Made by a program: the position numbers and the translations under genes
IMG/VR virus record: IMGVR_UViG_3300047548_000772
Location: 64,001-128,000 of that record
DNA length: 64,000 nucleotides
Origin: a virus
Strand: one strand, 5' to 3'
Notes under the pieces: generated by a model
What the model saw: only the letters and a program-made list of their open reading frames with translations
What the model was told of the DNA's origin: nothing
Database searches by the model: none
Part shown: piece after piece, positions 41,601-50,874 of the stretch
How positions within the stretch are numbered: the first letter of the stretch is position 1
Layout: each line of letters opens with the position of its first letter

Positions 41601-42051
41601 TTGGGTTAGTAGTATCATTCCAGTTTATAGTTACATTGCTTAAATTAGTGCCATTGTAATCTACAATATTTTCAGTAGTACTAACGCTCGCAACTTTTAA
41701 AAAGCCATTGGCTTCTTCGTTGCGCTTTGGAGTGTAGCTAACAAGATTAGCAAGTTTAACCACTGAATCACGACGTTCAGCAGTATCAATAAAGTTTTCA
41801 CGAATGTTTAAATCGTTGCGGAACGATAATGCTTGGCCCATAAAAGCCATAACATCCATCATTGCGATAAATTCAGAACTTTCAACGTAGTCGTTAAAGT
41901 TCTCCGGGTAGTACAAACGAATGTAATCAATGAAACTTTTGCGTAAAGTTTCAAAGTCGTAGCTTTGGAAGTCTGCTTCGCGATAAGTGCGATAGATACG
42001 CTTCCAATCTTCTACCCCAAATAATGCTGTTTGTCGTGTGGTTTTTGCCAT
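38614..42051 (-). CDS. gp6: Baseplate wedge subunit, gp6-like
   Basis: YDFETLRKSFIDY...NDYVESSE...NENF-like RENFIDTAERRDSVVKLANLVSYTPKR; RYYTQDRMVNGEDY; position after gp25. Confidence 0.8.
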   Translation of the reverse strand: MAKTTRQTALFGVEDWKRIYRTYREADFQSYDFETLRKSFIDYIRLYYPENFNDYVESSEFIAMMDVMAFMGQALSFRNDLNIRENFIDTAERRDSVVKLANLVSYTPKRNEEANGFLKVASVSTTENIVDYNGTNLSNVTINWNDTTNPTWLEQMTVIINAALVDSQRIGKPGAVKDIVGILTQEYSLNLVPGYLPVIPFNATVDNNAMVFEAVSATTQDRDYVYEPAPRPNGLFNILYRNDYMGYASPNTGFFFFFKQGNLQNLDFSLGERISNRVVNVNVDGINNTDVWVYQLNDNGQIQYEWTEVQNLYGAAIEQVNPEARKFFTVTSRTNDQINLNFGDGVFTEIPVGLFRTYVRASNGLQYVITPDEMQAIAINIGYISRTGRQETITFTCNLSQPVSNAATRETIGDIKQRAPARYYTQDRMVNGEDYNNFPYTLYSSIIKSKAVNRSSIGTSRYLDLVDITGKYSSTNIFASDGGLWEEVTTPSFNFTFLDTNDIANMIVNDLEPLLSNRGMLEFYYQDFPRPSLGVLNFAWQESTTLANETTGYFYYTAGAAKNNPAPIGPTVSNNAKYIVQDALVKFVPPSGYYFDSNNRLKVGTATGPNDKTVLWATISGCYLDGTNFGQGNFVDGTGPVVLNNYIPSGAIPVQVIPKFVTDLPTTFEQQIMDQMELYRDFGIGYDSTGTVTGSVGSWYLITQTNLNSATTFSLTYAGNTDGLGLDNSWLVAFITDGSSYTITSRSLDRYFGSVLQTRFFYDGSQQVYDPRTGFVVNDFINVLKTNSAPDASTPLNNDEILDIIGQPVEDDGYVNDFRVRVSFVDADNDGIADNPDYFTTIVAPTVNPTQKYVFLQRTVDFDNLERFVLVPPNTINSSYPNQLAIEQVKGDYANGQYFYAYDTGIFYQLTIDYLGARNLIVVSDEFFARVGRQDLYFQYRHNAPLNRRIDPGSTNIIDMYLVTQAYYNAYQNYIKDSTGTVPKPSVPTTDELTAAYSSLNQFKMISDNIILNSVSFKPLFGSKAASELRATIKVIRYPKVAVSDTEIKSRVVAKINEYFTLDKWDFGQTFYFSELAAYLHKELGDIISTAVLVPVNATKNFGDLYEIRCAPNEIFVNAASVNDILVITALTSSELKTAPNSGVI

Positions 42052-42069
42052 AGTACTTTCCGTTTCAAG

Positions 42070-42076
42070 TATTTAT
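42070..42076 (-). promoter_or_regulatory. T4-like late promoter ATAAATA
   Basis: Intergenic, upstream of the gp6-like ATG at 42051. Confidence 0.65.
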
Positions 42077-42097
42077 GGCAATTATAAACTGGGTAGT

Positions 42098-42472
42098 TTA
42101 TACGTAGGATGCTCTGCGTGTTTGTTGATTAAAAAATACCGATAACACTTCTGCATTACTGCCGGCAACTGTTTGTACTTCTATCTCAATTAAAATACCG
42201 TTAAGTTGTGGGTAAACATTCATACTGGTAACAACAACTCGTGGATCTTGTGCTACAACTCGCTGAACTTCCGCTTCGATAGCACTTACTGTTTCTGCTG
42301 CTTGTGGTTCAAAAATTAGGTTCCACATAACTGTGCCAACTGCAGGTTTTCCAACAATTTCGCCTTGACGAATATTGAATGCATTTAATAAGTCGCGTTT
42401 GATCAGCGGAAAATCTACAAGTGTAAACTTCTTGTATTGATCAATAGTGTTATATCCGATAAATGTTGGCAT
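42098..42472 (-). CDS. gp25: Baseplate wedge subunit, gp25-like
   Basis: LIKRDLLNAFNIRQGE...P..GT..W.L.FEP...DPRV; 124 aa; between gp5- and gp6-like genes. GTAAATA at 42478-42484 upstream. Confidence 0.85.
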   Translation of the reverse strand: MPTFIGYNTIDQYKKFTLVDFPLIKRDLLNAFNIRQGEIVGKPAVGTVMWNLIFEPQAAETVSAIEAEVQRVVAQDPRVVVTSMNVYPQLNGILIEIEVQTVAGSNAEVLSVFFNQQTRRASYV

Positions 42473-42487
42473 ACTTGTATTTACCCA

Positions 42488-44761
42488 TTACTCTGTGGTG
42501 TAGCTTGTTGGCGTTGATTCAAGTTTCTGAATTTGATCTGGTGTTAAACCTGATGCACTATAATTCCACTGATTGACTTTATCGTTATCAATGACATCGC
42601 TGACTGCTTTATCTACGACTGCTCGACTAGTAGTGTTAGAAGATCCAAATGTTGATGGATTGAGTCCTTGCTCTGCCGGAGTTAGTTTTTGTTCAACTAA
42701 GTCCACAGCGAATTGTGCGTTTCTTGCAACAATGTTCATTTCAGTGACTAATCCGCTTGATATGTCAATGTTGTCCAACCACGATTTAGTTCTATCTAAG
42801 CCGTATTTGGTAGCTACTTGCACTATTGGTGCCATTACATTAGCGGCTTCAGAACCTAACAATAATCCTGCAGCTTTAGTTTCCTCGTAAGCAGCTTGAT
42901 ACAATGAATATTGAATTGTATCTTGTAGTGCAGAATCGTTGAGAACTTGCGCCAAAGCTGTTACTCCGGCCTTGCCTGTCCAAACCACTGGAGAACTTAT
43001 AATGTCTAAGTAATCTGGATTGCCTTCGATATAAATCTCGACTGTACCGGGTTTGAGATAGCCACCAGCTTCGAGCTGTTGCGGACTAAAGCCGTACTTA
43101 CCCACACCCTTTTCGAGACTAACTTCGTCAAACGGTTGATCAGTTTCTTTGATCATTTGTGCTGCCATGCCTGTTACTTGTTGAGGATTGATTGTTGCAG
43201 TACCTAAGCTAAACTCTGCTTGTGGTTGCTTTGCGTAATCACCTGCGTCGATTGTAGCAGTTGGTGTTTCTGTCTTAATTTCTTCTGTCTTTGCTGCAAC
43301 CTTAGGTGTTGGCTCGGTCGCTTCAGCAGGACTTAGGCTCGTAGTTGCAGTTGTACCTTTGTTATGATACGGATAAGGTTCGTGTGTTGGAGCACGAGTT
43401 GCAATAGTTTCAATCTTACCTTGTTCAACCACCCAACCAGTTTTATCTTTAAAAACTGTGTTAGGAAGTTTATTCACTGTAATAGCCTTAGGCTTATTAA
43501 CGCTTGGTGCCTTGCCGCCATTTAGTGCAATACATCCTGCACTTAATGTCATGTTAGAACCACCATTAAATGTGCCGCTCTTAGAACCGTCTAGGCAAAG
43601 TGCTCCGTCGCTTTTAAGACCAATATACTTGTCGCTACCAGCAATTAGCGCATTTTTACCTGTTAGGTTTAGCATTTCGCTTTCGATGTTAAACTGCTTC
43701 TTGCCATACATATTAAGCATGCCATTGGCATTAATGTTAATATTTTTATCAGCATGGATGTTAATGTCACCTTGGCTGCGCATGTTAATAGAGTTTGAGC
43801 TGTAAACATCAATGGTGCCTTCCTGGCCAAACTCTAACCATGTTTGTCCGTTAGCATGAATAATGTAAAAACAATCACCAGAGTCACTCATTAAAATTTG
43901 ATGGCCTTTGGCTGTGCGAATACGAACTTGGGCATCTTGTCCCTTTAGGTCGCCGTCGTCCATAACAAAACTGTGTCCACCTTTACGTCCTAATATCTTT
44001 GCTTGCTCAGGAGTAACTTCATTCTTTTCAAGTTTTGTTTGAATGTCTTTGTCAGGAAGTCCGCCAGCGTAGATTGGACGGCCAGGTGTTGAAAATCCAA
44101 ATACTGTACTTGGCGATTCACGTTGACTATTTGAATTAATTGTTCCACGAATTGGGTCAGTCACTAAGCCCTGTTGTAGCAATGTACCCGCTACCACTGA
44201 GTGCACTGGCTTTTTCTGATCAAAGAATCTTGGGTTTTCATCAATGCCTTGATTGCCAGCATTAATTTCTGTTACTGGTAATCGACTTGCACCTTTAAAA
44301 TAGGTGTCTTGATTTTTGTTATCAAGGTTGTAGTTTGCGGTTGCTCCAATTGCTGGCAACATATGATTCAAGCCAGGCTGTATAACACTTCCGATATAGT
44401 AACCTTGGTTTGGGTCGCCAGAAGCAAAAAAGCAAACAACTTGTGCTCCGATGTCGGGAGTGGTCATCCACATGCCGTAGCTTTGTGGGTTACCAACATA
44501 ATTACCTGTACCTTGTGTTGTGCCTGTTTGTCCAACGCCACCATAAAATGGGCTAACATAACTTACAGTACGCCATAAACTTTGATCTTGTTTATTCGAT
44601 CCTGCAAAATCTTCAATCCACACTTGTACACGACCCGACCGTGTTGGGTCAACATTATTCATTACCTCGCCTAGGTACGGACCTGATTCAGCTGGTGCGC
44701 CACCGCGATCAAGTTTATACCCTGCTGGGCGGCCTTTACTTCTTTGTACGTTTTCTGCCAT
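42488..44761 (-). CDS. gp5: Baseplate central spike, gp5/VgrG-like, with C-terminal extension
   Basis: OB-fold N-terminus (DPTRSGRVQVW, SYGMWM..PD.G..V...F..GD), beta-helix region (GGHSFVMDDG, RIRTAKGHQI), THEPYPYH. Confidence 0.8.
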   Translation of the reverse strand: MAENVQRSKGRPAGYKLDRGGAPAESGPYLGEVMNNVDPTRSGRVQVWIEDFAGSNKQDQSLWRTVSYVSPFYGGVGQTGTTQGTGNYVGNPQSYGMWMTTPDIGAQVVCFFASGDPNQGYYIGSVIQPGLNHMLPAIGATANYNLDNKNQDTYFKGASRLPVTEINAGNQGIDENPRFFDQKKPVHSVVAGTLLQQGLVTDPIRGTINSNSQRESPSTVFGFSTPGRPIYAGGLPDKDIQTKLEKNEVTPEQAKILGRKGGHSFVMDDGDLKGQDAQVRIRTAKGHQILMSDSGDCFYIIHANGQTWLEFGQEGTIDVYSSNSINMRSQGDINIHADKNININANGMLNMYGKKQFNIESEMLNLTGKNALIAGSDKYIGLKSDGALCLDGSKSGTFNGGSNMTLSAGCIALNGGKAPSVNKPKAITVNKLPNTVFKDKTGWVVEQGKIETIATRAPTHEPYPYHNKGTTATTSLSPAEATEPTPKVAAKTEEIKTETPTATIDAGDYAKQPQAEFSLGTATINPQQVTGMAAQMIKETDQPFDEVSLEKGVGKYGFSPQQLEAGGYLKPGTVEIYIEGNPDYLDIISSPVVWTGKAGVTALAQVLNDSALQDTIQYSLYQAAYEETKAAGLLLGSEAANVMAPIVQVATKYGLDRTKSWLDNIDISSGLVTEMNIVARNAQFAVDLVEQKLTPAEQGLNPSTFGSSNTTSRAVVDKAVSDVIDNDKVNQWNYSASGLTPDQIQKLESTPTSYTTE

Positions 44762-44776
44762 ATCTTACTCGCTTAA

Positions 44777-47700
44777 TCAAGGATCATATCCTGCATCATC
44801 GTCGGGTGCCATACCAAAATCGGTTGTTGACGGTAAGCTCGGAGACACCTCATTGTTATTTGCATCTTCTTGTATTGGGTTGCTACTTTCTGCTAATACT
44901 GTTCCGGTACCAGTTTGATTTACGGTACCACCGATGCCACCAGCATCGTCAATAGTATCAGCAACTGCGTTATATGCTGCATAATCAAGAACTTGTTGCT
45001 GTTCCTGTGTAGTCATTTCGGCGCCGCCTGCATCGTCGATTGTGTTTGCAATTGCATTGTAAGCACTAGTATCAAACGTTTGTGCATTTTCAATCGAAGC
45101 ACCGCTTTGCCCAATTGTTTGACTACCGACTCTTGTCTGGCTTGATAATGCTGTATATGCATTATTAATTATTGCGGCGCCACCTGTGCCTACACCTTTA
45201 TCAAAGTTCTTAATTGTACCAGACAATTTTTGTGTAAACTTGCCGCCCTTAAAATATGACTTTACTACGTTGGCTGAATATACAATACTTTCAGATGGTA
45301 AATTAGTTTCGCCTGTAGCAGCACTAAACGCTGTGTTATTTTGAAATACCGGAGTCAATCCAGTACCCAGATTAAAGTCAGTCGGTGCGTTAAATCGTAC
45401 TTCGTACAGTACTTCGCTGGCTGCTGCATTAACTGAACCATCTGGCATAAACGAATCAAAAGAAGGGTTTGTGTAAAATACTTCGCTTTGTATTAACCAG
45501 TCTGGATCGCCCAGGATTGTAAGTTCACATTTCATTACATCTTCAGCTGAGTATAAACGATCCGCTAAACTAGCAGCAGGCATTGTTGATGTGCCTTTGG
45601 CGCCTTGGCTGGACTCCCCTGGACGGGTTTGGAACGCACGTTTTTCTGCCCAGCGACCACTAAATGATGCATCAACTGCAACGTCAACACCAACTACCTG
45701 TGCATAGTTATAATTAACATCAATTACAAAATCTAGTACTTCAGAATTTTGTCCAGTGAACCAATAATTGTAAATTTTATGTACGCCACGATATTTGGCA
45801 TTGTTAAAATAAGGGCTTCGTGGCTCATTGATTTGATAAGGAGTGATCACATACTTAAATTTGTAAGCAGAATTTCTACGTTTGCGATCGTAGCCAATGC
45901 GTTGAGCAGTACCTTGAATTCTAAACCACATTGTGGTTGCCACTGGTTGTTGTTTTTTAGCTTGTTGTGTGTTTTGATCGTAAACGATTGTTTGTTGGTT
46001 AGTAATAAAACTACTGTTTCTTAGAGCTAAATCAATTAACTGAACAACTTGTGTGCCAGCAGTAATATTGTAATTCTTGGTGTTCTTATCGTAACTATTC
46101 TTACTCATAAGAAGTCGCTGACTAGCATTAGTTGATTTTTGCATTGGTGCATTGGTTTTATCTTGCGTGCCTTGCTTAATCAACGTTGCATCAATTAACC
46201 CTGGTAAGTTGTATAATTGAATTTCGTATTGATCTGCAATTTCTTGCTGACCTTTTTTAACAAGATCTTGTTGGTGTTGATTTAGTGCTGCGGCTAAACC
46301 TTGTGTTACTGTTTGTGTTGCTCCAGCAGCGGTGGCTTTCTGCGGTGCCGTGGTTGTGGTATTAGTTGTAGGGGCAGCTCCTGTAACCGGAGCTGCGCTG
46401 GCCGCAGCAGCAGCTGGTGCTGAACCTGTGGGTGTAGTTGTGGTATTAGCCTGTGTTTGTTGATCGGTCGAATACGCTACTGGTCCATTGAACAGAGTTT
46501 TTAAATCAGGAGCAACCAACTCAAAGTTAAACGGAATAGTACCACCAAAGGTGCTACTAAACATAGTGTTAGATTGGGTAACTACTGCAGTCACATCGTA
46601 TTCAACACCCTTGCTGCTAATCTGATATTGCAAATCACCAATGGTAAAAGGGATCCACTTTTCTGAAATGGCATTCTTGTCAGATCCAAAGAACGATGAG
46701 TTCAATCCTAACTGTTCACCGGTAACCAATTTTCCTTCTTGGTCGTATCCGTAAAATCTAATAATCATCACATAGTTTTGATTAATTGCAGTTGACGGAA
46801 CATTACCTAATTTTGAGTATTCACGAACAGCACGATCAAGTCGATTCAACAAAGTAATACCGTTTACTTCGCTAATACGAAATTTCATTTTTGTAACGTT
46901 GTGTGCAGCGCCAGTGCCTTGAGTTCCGACAAGGCTTTCTAATTCAATGTCGTCGATATAAAAGTCGACATCAAAGTATCGATTACGCTGGTTTGCAACT
47001 GTACTGCTATTGATGCCTCCGCTTTGAATAATCAGTGAATTTGGAGGGAACGCAATCTTTTGTCCATTAATGATTGCTTGGTTTTCTGCTTCGCTCAACA
47101 TATAGATTGAAATGCTATAAGTTTGCGATGATAAACTAGCCAACTTATTAGGTGTGGCAACAATTGGTGCTGTAAACCCAGGAGGAATCACCGGGCGGCC
47201 GCTGCCACCAATGCTAGTAGTTGTGCCGATTGATGTTTTAAATTGATTAATCCAGTCGTCGGGCGCAGCACAAACTCCGTTTTGAATTGCCGATGCTGGA
47301 ACTGGAACTCGTGCGCCACCAACATCTTGTGATGCGCCGCCGGTGCCGTTTGGTCCAAGGTCTGTGTTATTAGATAAGTCAGTACGTTCAGCATTTGAAT
47401 CATTGCTAGCACTTGATCTCGGTATTACATTATCTTCGTTGTCAATTACTAAAGGATTTGCAGGAGGGTTTTGTACGTCGGCACTTTCTGCGTTAACAGC
47501 CTGTTGTTCTTGAACAATAGCACCGGCAGAATCATCAGACAACGCTTGTGTTGATTGTACTGTTCTTGACGTAAACTCGCCTTCGGATGCTTGCAACATC
47601 AATGTAGTCGATGTATTGCGAAGATCATTAATACCCGAGGTTAACTTAAAATAAGTTTGTTCTAATGAAGTAACATCAGCCTGGCGTCCAGGTGTGTCGG

Positions 47701-47992
47701 CTTGTGGCTTCATTAGATTTGTGTATTCGTATCCAGCATCTGCACTAGATTGTGCGTAGCCTAAAAACGTATTAACTTGCGGATATATTGCTGTGGCGCG
47801 ATAAAAATTTAAATCTGTAATTGCTGCGCCCATGCTACCTGTTAAATTACGAGCTTGATTTAATTGTTGTTCTGACTGTTCGTATGCACTAACCGCTGAT
47901 GTTTTATTTTGATCAAATGTGCCAGATGCTGCTTGGCGCATTGCATAATTCCACGATGGAGATCCAGGACGACCGTAGGGAAGATTTGCCAT
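44777..47992 (-). CDS. Baseplate hub protein, gp27-like
   Basis: Directly upstream of gp5; LTILGDPDW and G.F.Q.L.-type C-terminal hub motifs; long low-complexity N-terminus. Confidence 0.55.
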   Translation of the reverse strand: MANLPYGRPGSPSWNYAMRQAASGTFDQNKTSAVSAYEQSEQQLNQARNLTGSMGAAITDLNFYRATAIYPQVNTFLGYAQSSADAGYEYTNLMKPQADTPGRQADVTSLEQTYFKLTSGINDLRNTSTTLMLQASEGEFTSRTVQSTQALSDDSAGAIVQEQQAVNAESADVQNPPANPLVIDNEDNVIPRSSASNDSNAERTDLSNNTDLGPNGTGGASQDVGGARVPVPASAIQNGVCAAPDDWINQFKTSIGTTTSIGGSGRPVIPPGFTAPIVATPNKLASLSSQTYSISIYMLSEAENQAIINGQKIAFPPNSLIIQSGGINSSTVANQRNRYFDVDFYIDDIELESLVGTQGTGAAHNVTKMKFRISEVNGITLLNRLDRAVREYSKLGNVPSTAINQNYVMIIRFYGYDQEGKLVTGEQLGLNSSFFGSDKNAISEKWIPFTIGDLQYQISSKGVEYDVTAVVTQSNTMFSSTFGGTIPFNFELVAPDLKTLFNGPVAYSTDQQTQANTTTTPTGSAPAAAAASAAPVTGAAPTTNTTTTAPQKATAAGATQTVTQGLAAALNQHQQDLVKKGQQEIADQYEIQLYNLPGLIDATLIKQGTQDKTNAPMQKSTNASQRLLMSKNSYDKNTKNYNITAGTQVVQLIDLALRNSSFITNQQTIVYDQNTQQAKKQQPVATTMWFRIQGTAQRIGYDRKRRNSAYKFKYVITPYQINEPRSPYFNNAKYRGVHKIYNYWFTGQNSEVLDFVIDVNYNYAQVVGVDVAVDASFSGRWAEKRAFQTRPGESSQGAKGTSTMPAASLADRLYSAEDVMKCELTILGDPDWLIQSEVFYTNPSFDSFMPDGSVNAAASEVLYEVRFNAPTDFNLGTGLTPVFQNNTAFSAATGETNLPSESIVYSANVVKSYFKGGKFTQKLSGTIKNFDKGVGTGGAAIINNAYTALSSQTRVGSQTIGQSGASIENAQTFDTSAYNAIANTIDDAGGAEMTTQEQQQVLDYAAYNAVADTIDDAGGIGGTVNQTGTGTVLAESSNPIQEDANNNEVSPSLPSTTDFGMAPDDDAGYDP

Positions 47993-47995
47993 TGA

Positions 47996-48301
47996 TTAGA
48001 ACCCTAGTACTGTTTGTAGTGTCGCAATCTTAGGCAAATAAATTCTTGTGCCTTTAACAAATGACCCAAGCGGATCAACTAAGGCATTTGGATTACGCTG
48101 TGCAAATACCCACCATAAACCTGCGTCACCGTATAAGTCAAAGGCTAATAGGTCTGGACGCAAATGATAAGTTTCATTGATGATAAAAGTAATATCGTCG
48201 GATTGCTTTGGAATAGGACGATTTACCCAGTTACTGAGATAGAAATTAACAACCGGTGTTGTAAAATAAGGACTGGTAGCATTATAATTTGCCATTACCA
48301 A
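47996..48301 (-). CDS. gp53: Baseplate wedge protein, gp53/LysM-like
   Basis: YHLRPDLLAFDLYGDAGLWWVFAQRN motif. Confidence 0.75.
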   Translation of the reverse strand: MVMANYNATSPYFTTPVVNFYLSNWVNRPIPKQSDDITFIINETYHLRPDLLAFDLYGDAGLWWVFAQRNPNALVDPLGSFVKGTRIYLPKIATLQTVLGF

Positions 48302-49860
48302 TAACCTCCCTTGAGCAAGTTGCCATTGGCAAATTTTTGTAAACTAAACTGTTTGCTAACTTGTTGGCGACTCATCATCGGCAACAATGTAAGTGTAATT
48401 GTCATCTTAGTAGGCACATAAGTTGACTCGTTTAATCCTAGATTTGGCGGCGATGGCGGAATGTTCATAGCACCATTTAACAATACTTGTGCATTGTTGC
48501 TGCCAAAGCCAATGCCAACCGATTGCGCTGAGCCAGTTAGTCGTGCCCATATAGCACTTAGGTCAAAACCTGATTGTGTGTAACTTAAACTACGGCGCCA
48601 CATCATTTGTCCACCTGTGGTTGTTTGTTTACCACGTGCACGAATGTAGTCAACATCATTAGGTAAGTTAAAAGCAAAGTTGCTAATAGCACAAGCATTT
48701 TCAGCGAACTGATATTGACCAAGCCCTGATAAGAAAACCAACGGCGGTGGTGATCCACGATACTTGTCCTGACCATAGAACATTTTTGTACAGGCTTTAA
48801 AGAATGTAATGACTGCTAGCAAATAATCTGCTTCAGCAGAATCTTGTGCCGTAAAATCAGCAGTTAGTGTCACTTCACCGACACGACTACCTTTGTAAAA
48901 GTAACCGCGATAGTTTGAATGTGTTAGGTCGTAAGGGCTGTAGTCTGCTGAATAGTTTGTAGCTATCGTTGGCATGTATGGAAATATTACGCCGTCGGTT
49001 GCACGAAGTGGAGAGAGGACGCCTGGGTCAACATCTTTATACAAATAATTTGCACTAGGCGCCAAACGTAATCGTACACGCCAGTCGCCAAGTTTAGATC
49101 CTGCACCTTGGTTACGCTGTTCAGCAACAGTTTGTTGCTGTTGCAACAACGAAGTTGCAATCGCTGCCTGATTAGCTTGTTCTTGTGCATAGGTAGCATT
49201 AGGCCCAAAGTTAGCTTGGTTAATTGTAGGCTCTACTGGATTCTGATAACTTGTTCCTGTGCCAGGGGGATTAGTATTATACTGCTCTGCTAATTGTCCT
49301 GCTTGATACGCTGACAGATCCATGGCCATAACATCGCTAGGATTGGCAGTATTGTAAACATACCAAGAACCGTTTTGCGGATCTTGAGCGATCGAATACG
49401 AACCGCCAACTGTAGCAGCATTATAATTTTGAACGGTGGGCTCTTCTACCAAAGGCGTTGTTTCAGCAATAATTACTTGCCCTTCAACCGATTGTATTCG
49501 TAGGTTAGTGCCTTCTTCTGATGTGGTCGCAGCGTTATATGACGATGCTGTTGCGCTATCTTCTCGTGGAGTAAAATTAACAGCAATAGCATCATCGTTA
49601 GCTGTTAGTGTAGGGACGCTGGCGCTGGTTTCCGTAGCGGGCTGAGAAACTGTTTGTACGCCGCCTTGTGCATTAATAGTTGCTTCGTTGGCTAGTGCAA
49701 TTATTTCTGAGTCAGTGCGGCCAGATTGAACAAAATTTCTAGCAACTGAATATACAGGCGTTTCGTAGATTTGTTTGCCACTGGCGTTATCAACAACTCC
49801 GTAGATAAACTGCCCATTAGCTGGATTCTTAGTAATCGTTAGTGACAAATTGCTGGCCAT
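48295..49860 (-). CDS. Tail-tube initiator / baseplate-tube junction protein (gp48/gp54-like)
   Basis: DWRVRL, GVIFPYMP.I, YSPYDLTHSNY, FTAQ..EA.YLLA...F, PPPLV.L.G.G, VPTK..I..TL.P in the C-terminal half. Confidence 0.6.
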   Translation of the reverse strand: MASNLSLTITKNPANGQFIYGVVDNASGKQIYETPVYSVARNFVQSGRTDSEIIALANEATINAQGGVQTVSQPATETSASVPTLTANDDAIAVNFTPREDSATASSYNAATTSEEGTNLRIQSVEGQVIIAETTPLVEEPTVQNYNAATVGGSYSIAQDPQNGSWYVYNTANPSDVMAMDLSAYQAGQLAEQYNTNPPGTGTSYQNPVEPTINQANFGPNATYAQEQANQAAIATSLLQQQQTVAEQRNQGAGSKLGDWRVRLRLAPSANYLYKDVDPGVLSPLRATDGVIFPYMPTIATNYSADYSPYDLTHSNYRGYFYKGSRVGEVTLTADFTAQDSAEADYLLAVITFFKACTKMFYGQDKYRGSPPPLVFLSGLGQYQFAENACAISNFAFNLPNDVDYIRARGKQTTTGGQMMWRRSLSYTQSGFDLSAIWARLTGSAQSVGIGFGSNNAQVLLNGAMNIPPSPPNLGLNESTYVPTKMTITLTLLPMMSRQQVSKQFSLQKFANGNLLKGGYW

Positions 49861-49880
49861 TGAAGTGTTCCTTTGTAGTA

Positions 49881-49887
49881 TATTTAT
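49881..49887 (-). promoter_or_regulatory. T4-like late promoter ATAAATA heading the baseplate operon
   Basis: Intergenic, upstream of an AAGGA Shine-Dalgarno and the ATG at 49860. Confidence 0.65.
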
Positions 49888-49914
49888 TCGGGTTAAAAAC
49901 GGCTAACATAATGA

Positions 49915-49942
49915 TTGACAACAGGGATTTACATGCTATACT
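49915..49942 (+). promoter_or_regulatory. Sigma70-type promoter TTGACA-N16-(TGc)TATACT for gp55
   Basis: Perfect -35, extended -10, GGAG Shine-Dalgarno before the ATG at 49972. Confidence 0.75.
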
Positions 49943-49971
49943 AACTAGTATATCTACGGAGAACTCTAACC

Positions 49972-50862
49972 ATGGCGGTAGTAACAACAAAAAAAGTAAA
50001 TTACTTAAACAACAGAGACATATTAAAAGAGATTCACCTAAGCAAAAACACATTCTGTTCGTACCGAGATCCTAAATTGGACCATCAATACGACATTATT
50101 TTGCCTAGTCTGGACAAAATTAATCAGCGCACAATTGCAGAAGCACGTAGAAATCGTGCCGATCGGTTAAAACGAGAAACTGGCGAAGAACAAAACGAAA
50201 AGAAAATTCCGCACACAGACTTAGTTTTTCGCATTACATGTTGGGACCATATACCCATGGCGCCCAAAAAACTAACCAAAGCACAGCAAGCAAAGAAGAA
50301 AAAACTCGAAGATCTAATGGAGTTTGACGAAGAATTATCCGACGGTTTAGAAGACTTAATCGACGAACCTGTGTTAGATATGAACCATGTTCGACTAAAC
50401 TTTCCACCGTTTTACCACTATCGCTTAGACGAAGATAAGAACCCGTTTTTAGTAGGTAAGAGCCACTGGAAAGGTGATTTAGAAACTGGTGAATTCAGCC
50501 GTGATCACGGAAAAATGACTAACAAGTTAGCCACTATGTTTATTAAGTTATGTGAGCGTTATGCCACTCGTTCAAACTGGCGTGGTTATACTTACAACGA
50601 AGAAATGCGTGGGCAAGCACTACTACAATTAAGTCAAATTGGTTTACAGTTTGATGAGTCAAAATCACAAAACCCATTTGCTTACTATACAGCAGCAATT
50701 ACAAACTCATTTACTCGTGTGTTGAACATTGAAAAGAAGATGCAAAACATTCGAGATGATATTTTGGAAATCAACGGACTTAATCCGTCATGGACTCGTC
50801 AGAATAGCCAAATGCAGAACGGCGAATCTGGTGAGGTGGTTGTAATTAAATCAGACGAGTAG
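49972..50862 (+). CDS. gp55: Late-transcription sigma factor, gp55-like
   Basis: NYLNNRDILKEI; RYATRSNWRGYTYNEEM...FDESKSQNPFAYYTAAITNSF; T4-like 55-47-46 synteny. Confidence 0.85.
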   Translation: MAVVTTKKVNYLNNRDILKEIHLSKNTFCSYRDPKLDHQYDIILPSLDKINQRTIAEARRNRADRLKRETGEEQNEKKIPHTDLVFRITCWDHIPMAPKKLTKAQQAKKKKLEDLMEFDEELSDGLEDLIDEPVLDMNHVRLNFPPFYHYRLDEDKNPFLVGKSHWKGDLETGEFSRDHGKMTNKLATMFIKLCERYATRSNWRGYTYNEEMRGQALLQLSQIGLQFDESKSQNPFAYYTAAITNSFTRVLNIEKKMQNIRDDILEINGLNPSWTRQNSQMQNGESGEVVVIKSDE

Positions 50863-50868
50863 TATAAT
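50840..50868 (+). promoter_or_regulatory. Sigma70-type promoter TTGTAA-N17-TATAAT, 6 nt before the gp47 ATG (leaderless-type)
   Basis: TATAAT at 50863-50868, ATG at 50875, no Shine-Dalgarno in between. Confidence 0.55.
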
Positions 50869-50874
50869 ACCTAG

